Virus record (IMG/VR): IMGVR_UViG_3300044856_000216
Coordinates: 96,001-160,000 of that record
Direction: 5' to 3' (one strand)
Source: a virus
DNA: 64,000 nucleotides
Shown in pieces: positions 62,763 through 64,000 of this stretch. The notes under the pieces are model-generated. The model ran no database searches and was not told the origin of the DNA. It was given only the letters and a program-made list of their open reading frames with translations. The position numbers were made by a program, and so were the translations under genes. The first letter of the stretch is position 1, and every line of letters starts with the position of its first letter.

Positions 62763-63119
62763 TTCTACCCTCCCTTCTGTAGAAATTTCATAACATTAGG
62801 GAAATCGTATTGCCCAGAACGGGCTGAATTTATTTCCAAAATAGTGTTTGATTCTACGCAAACACTCCCACATGGTAACTAAAGAAAAGTACCAAGCACT
62901 TGCCGTGACGATGGACTGCAATGTGGTCATACAGTCGTAGTATGCTTGGTGCTATTATACCATGTAGTATTTTTGATTAACAGATAGAACATTTTGTCGA
63001 TTTTTGGAACACAAAAATAGAATATTTTGTGAAATTGAGTTCACATCTATTTACAAAATTTAGTATCTGTGTTATCTTCAAAATAGTAAAAATTTTCAAT
63101 TTTTGAAGGAGGTAACACG

Positions 63120-64000
63120 ATGAAAAATTCTAGTAAAGAAAGAACTCTACAGTGGATAAATACTCAGAATAAAAAGGGTAATATATCCTTTGAACACCGT
63201 TTACAGCGTCCGACTGGGCAGTGGAATAATCGCATGAAAAGTCTATTGATTCATAGTTTATTAAGTGGTATTCCAGTTAATCCAATTTATGTTGTAGAGG
63301 AAGAAAATGTAATCTATCCGTTAGATGGCTCTCAGAGAACATCAACTTGTATTGATTATATTAATGATGTATTTTCATTAAGCAAAGATACTCCAAATAT
63401 ATCTATTGCTGTAAAAGAAAATGGAGAACAAACAATTAAGGAATATGAAATTGCAGGAAAGAAATTTAAAAAGCTTGATAACGAGGTGAAAGAAACCCTT
63501 CTTGCTTGTACCTTAGAATTCTGCACACTGTCTGATTATACAGATGAGGAAGTAAAAATCATGTTCGCTCGTCAGAATTCAGGAAAACCTTTGAATGGTA
63601 AATTGCTTCGTGTGGTTCATGAATCAGATGAGTTCAGCGAAATGGTCTACTCTCTCGCTAATCATCCATTTATGGATAAAATCATGTCAAAGACACAGCG
63701 TAAGAATGGAACAGACAGAGATACAATTATTCAAGCTATGATGCTTATCTCTTCTAATCAAGAACAGGAATTTACATCTTTTAGAACAAAAGATATTGAT
63801 ACCTATGTAACTGATTATGCAGATCAGTATCTTGATAGAGCTGATACTTTAAAAGAGGCTATGGATAGATTTAATGAAGCATTTGATGGTGAAATAAAAA
63901 TTCCATCCACAAGTATCCCACAAATTTTATATAGTGGTTATAGAATCGTTAAAGATAAGAAGTCATTCTCTCGTCTCGTAGAAAAGGTGTCTGAATTTAT
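63120..64000 (+). CDS. DUF262 (ParB-like, GmrSD N-terminal type) domain protein, truncated by the window end
   Basis: GAAGGAGGTAACACG-ATG. ...FEHRLQRPTGQWNNRMKSLLIHSLLSGIPVNPIYVV...YPLDGSQRTSTCIDYIN (DGxQR motif). No stop before 64000. Confidence 0.7.
   Translation, partial: MKNSSKERTLQWINTQNKKGNISFEHRLQRPTGQWNNRMKSLLIHSLLSGIPVNPIYVVEEENVIYPLDGSQRTSTCIDYINDVFSLSKDTPNISIAVKENGEQTIKEYEIAGKKFKKLDNEVKETLLACTLEFCTLSDYTDEEVKIMFARQNSGKPLNGKLLRVVHESDEFSEMVYSLANHPFMDKIMSKTQRKNGTDRDTIIQAMMLISSNQEQEFTSFRTKDIDTYVTDYADQYLDRADTLKEAMDRFNEAFDGEIKIPSTSIPQILYSGYRIVKDKKSFSRLVEKVSEF

Noticed and set aside
1-64000. CRISPR arrays, rRNA genes, host-prophage junctions, reverse transcriptases (retron or diversity-generating retroelement) and transposases.
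   Set aside because: I found no regularly spaced repeat-spacer structure, no rRNA-like sequence, no recognisable housekeeping genes, and no RT or transposase motifs while reading both strands.

Overview
Low-GC genome segment of a tailed phage. Gene starts rely heavily on Shine-Dalgarno (SD) sites, as in Firmicutes, and I recognised no host genes. Layout: (i) 1-14003 holds about 40 short, tightly packed minus-strand genes of early/accessory type, including a HicA-like toxin, a ParB/DGQHR-fold protein, an XRE regulator and many acidic or Cys-rich mini-proteins. (ii) 14004-15581 is an ORF-free divergent control region with a DnaA-box cluster, iteron-like repeats, a tRNA-like element and a G-depleted CAAAATC-repeat tract. 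(iii) 15582-37712 is a plus-strand middle module. It carries three free-standing homing endonucleases, a CoiA-like protein followed by a YonO-type single-subunit two-barrel RNA polymerase and an HU-like protein, and six tRNAs. It also has an ~830-nt ORF-free, hairpin-dense RNA candidate between two tRNAs, a beta-CASP metallo-beta-lactamase nuclease, a ClpP-like protease, a metallophosphoesterase and a tyrosine integrase. (iv) 37744-61807 holds plus-strand packaging, head, tail and lysis genes and ends in a 1447-aa tape measure. (v) 61808-64000 is an accessory island with two small hydrophobic minus-strand ORFs and a truncated DUF262 gene. Four observations stand out. First, a motif (consensus aACAGAGAATAAtAaAAT) occurs at least 14 times, almost only in intergenic DNA and oriented with the downstream genes. 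Second, five genes have conserved N-termini that can only be translated from AUA/AUU/AUC codons about 9 nt after the SD core. Third, there is an initiator-like tRNA(CAU). Fourth, there are several arm-less tRNA-like elements. All domain calls come from motif recognition by eye; no searches were run.
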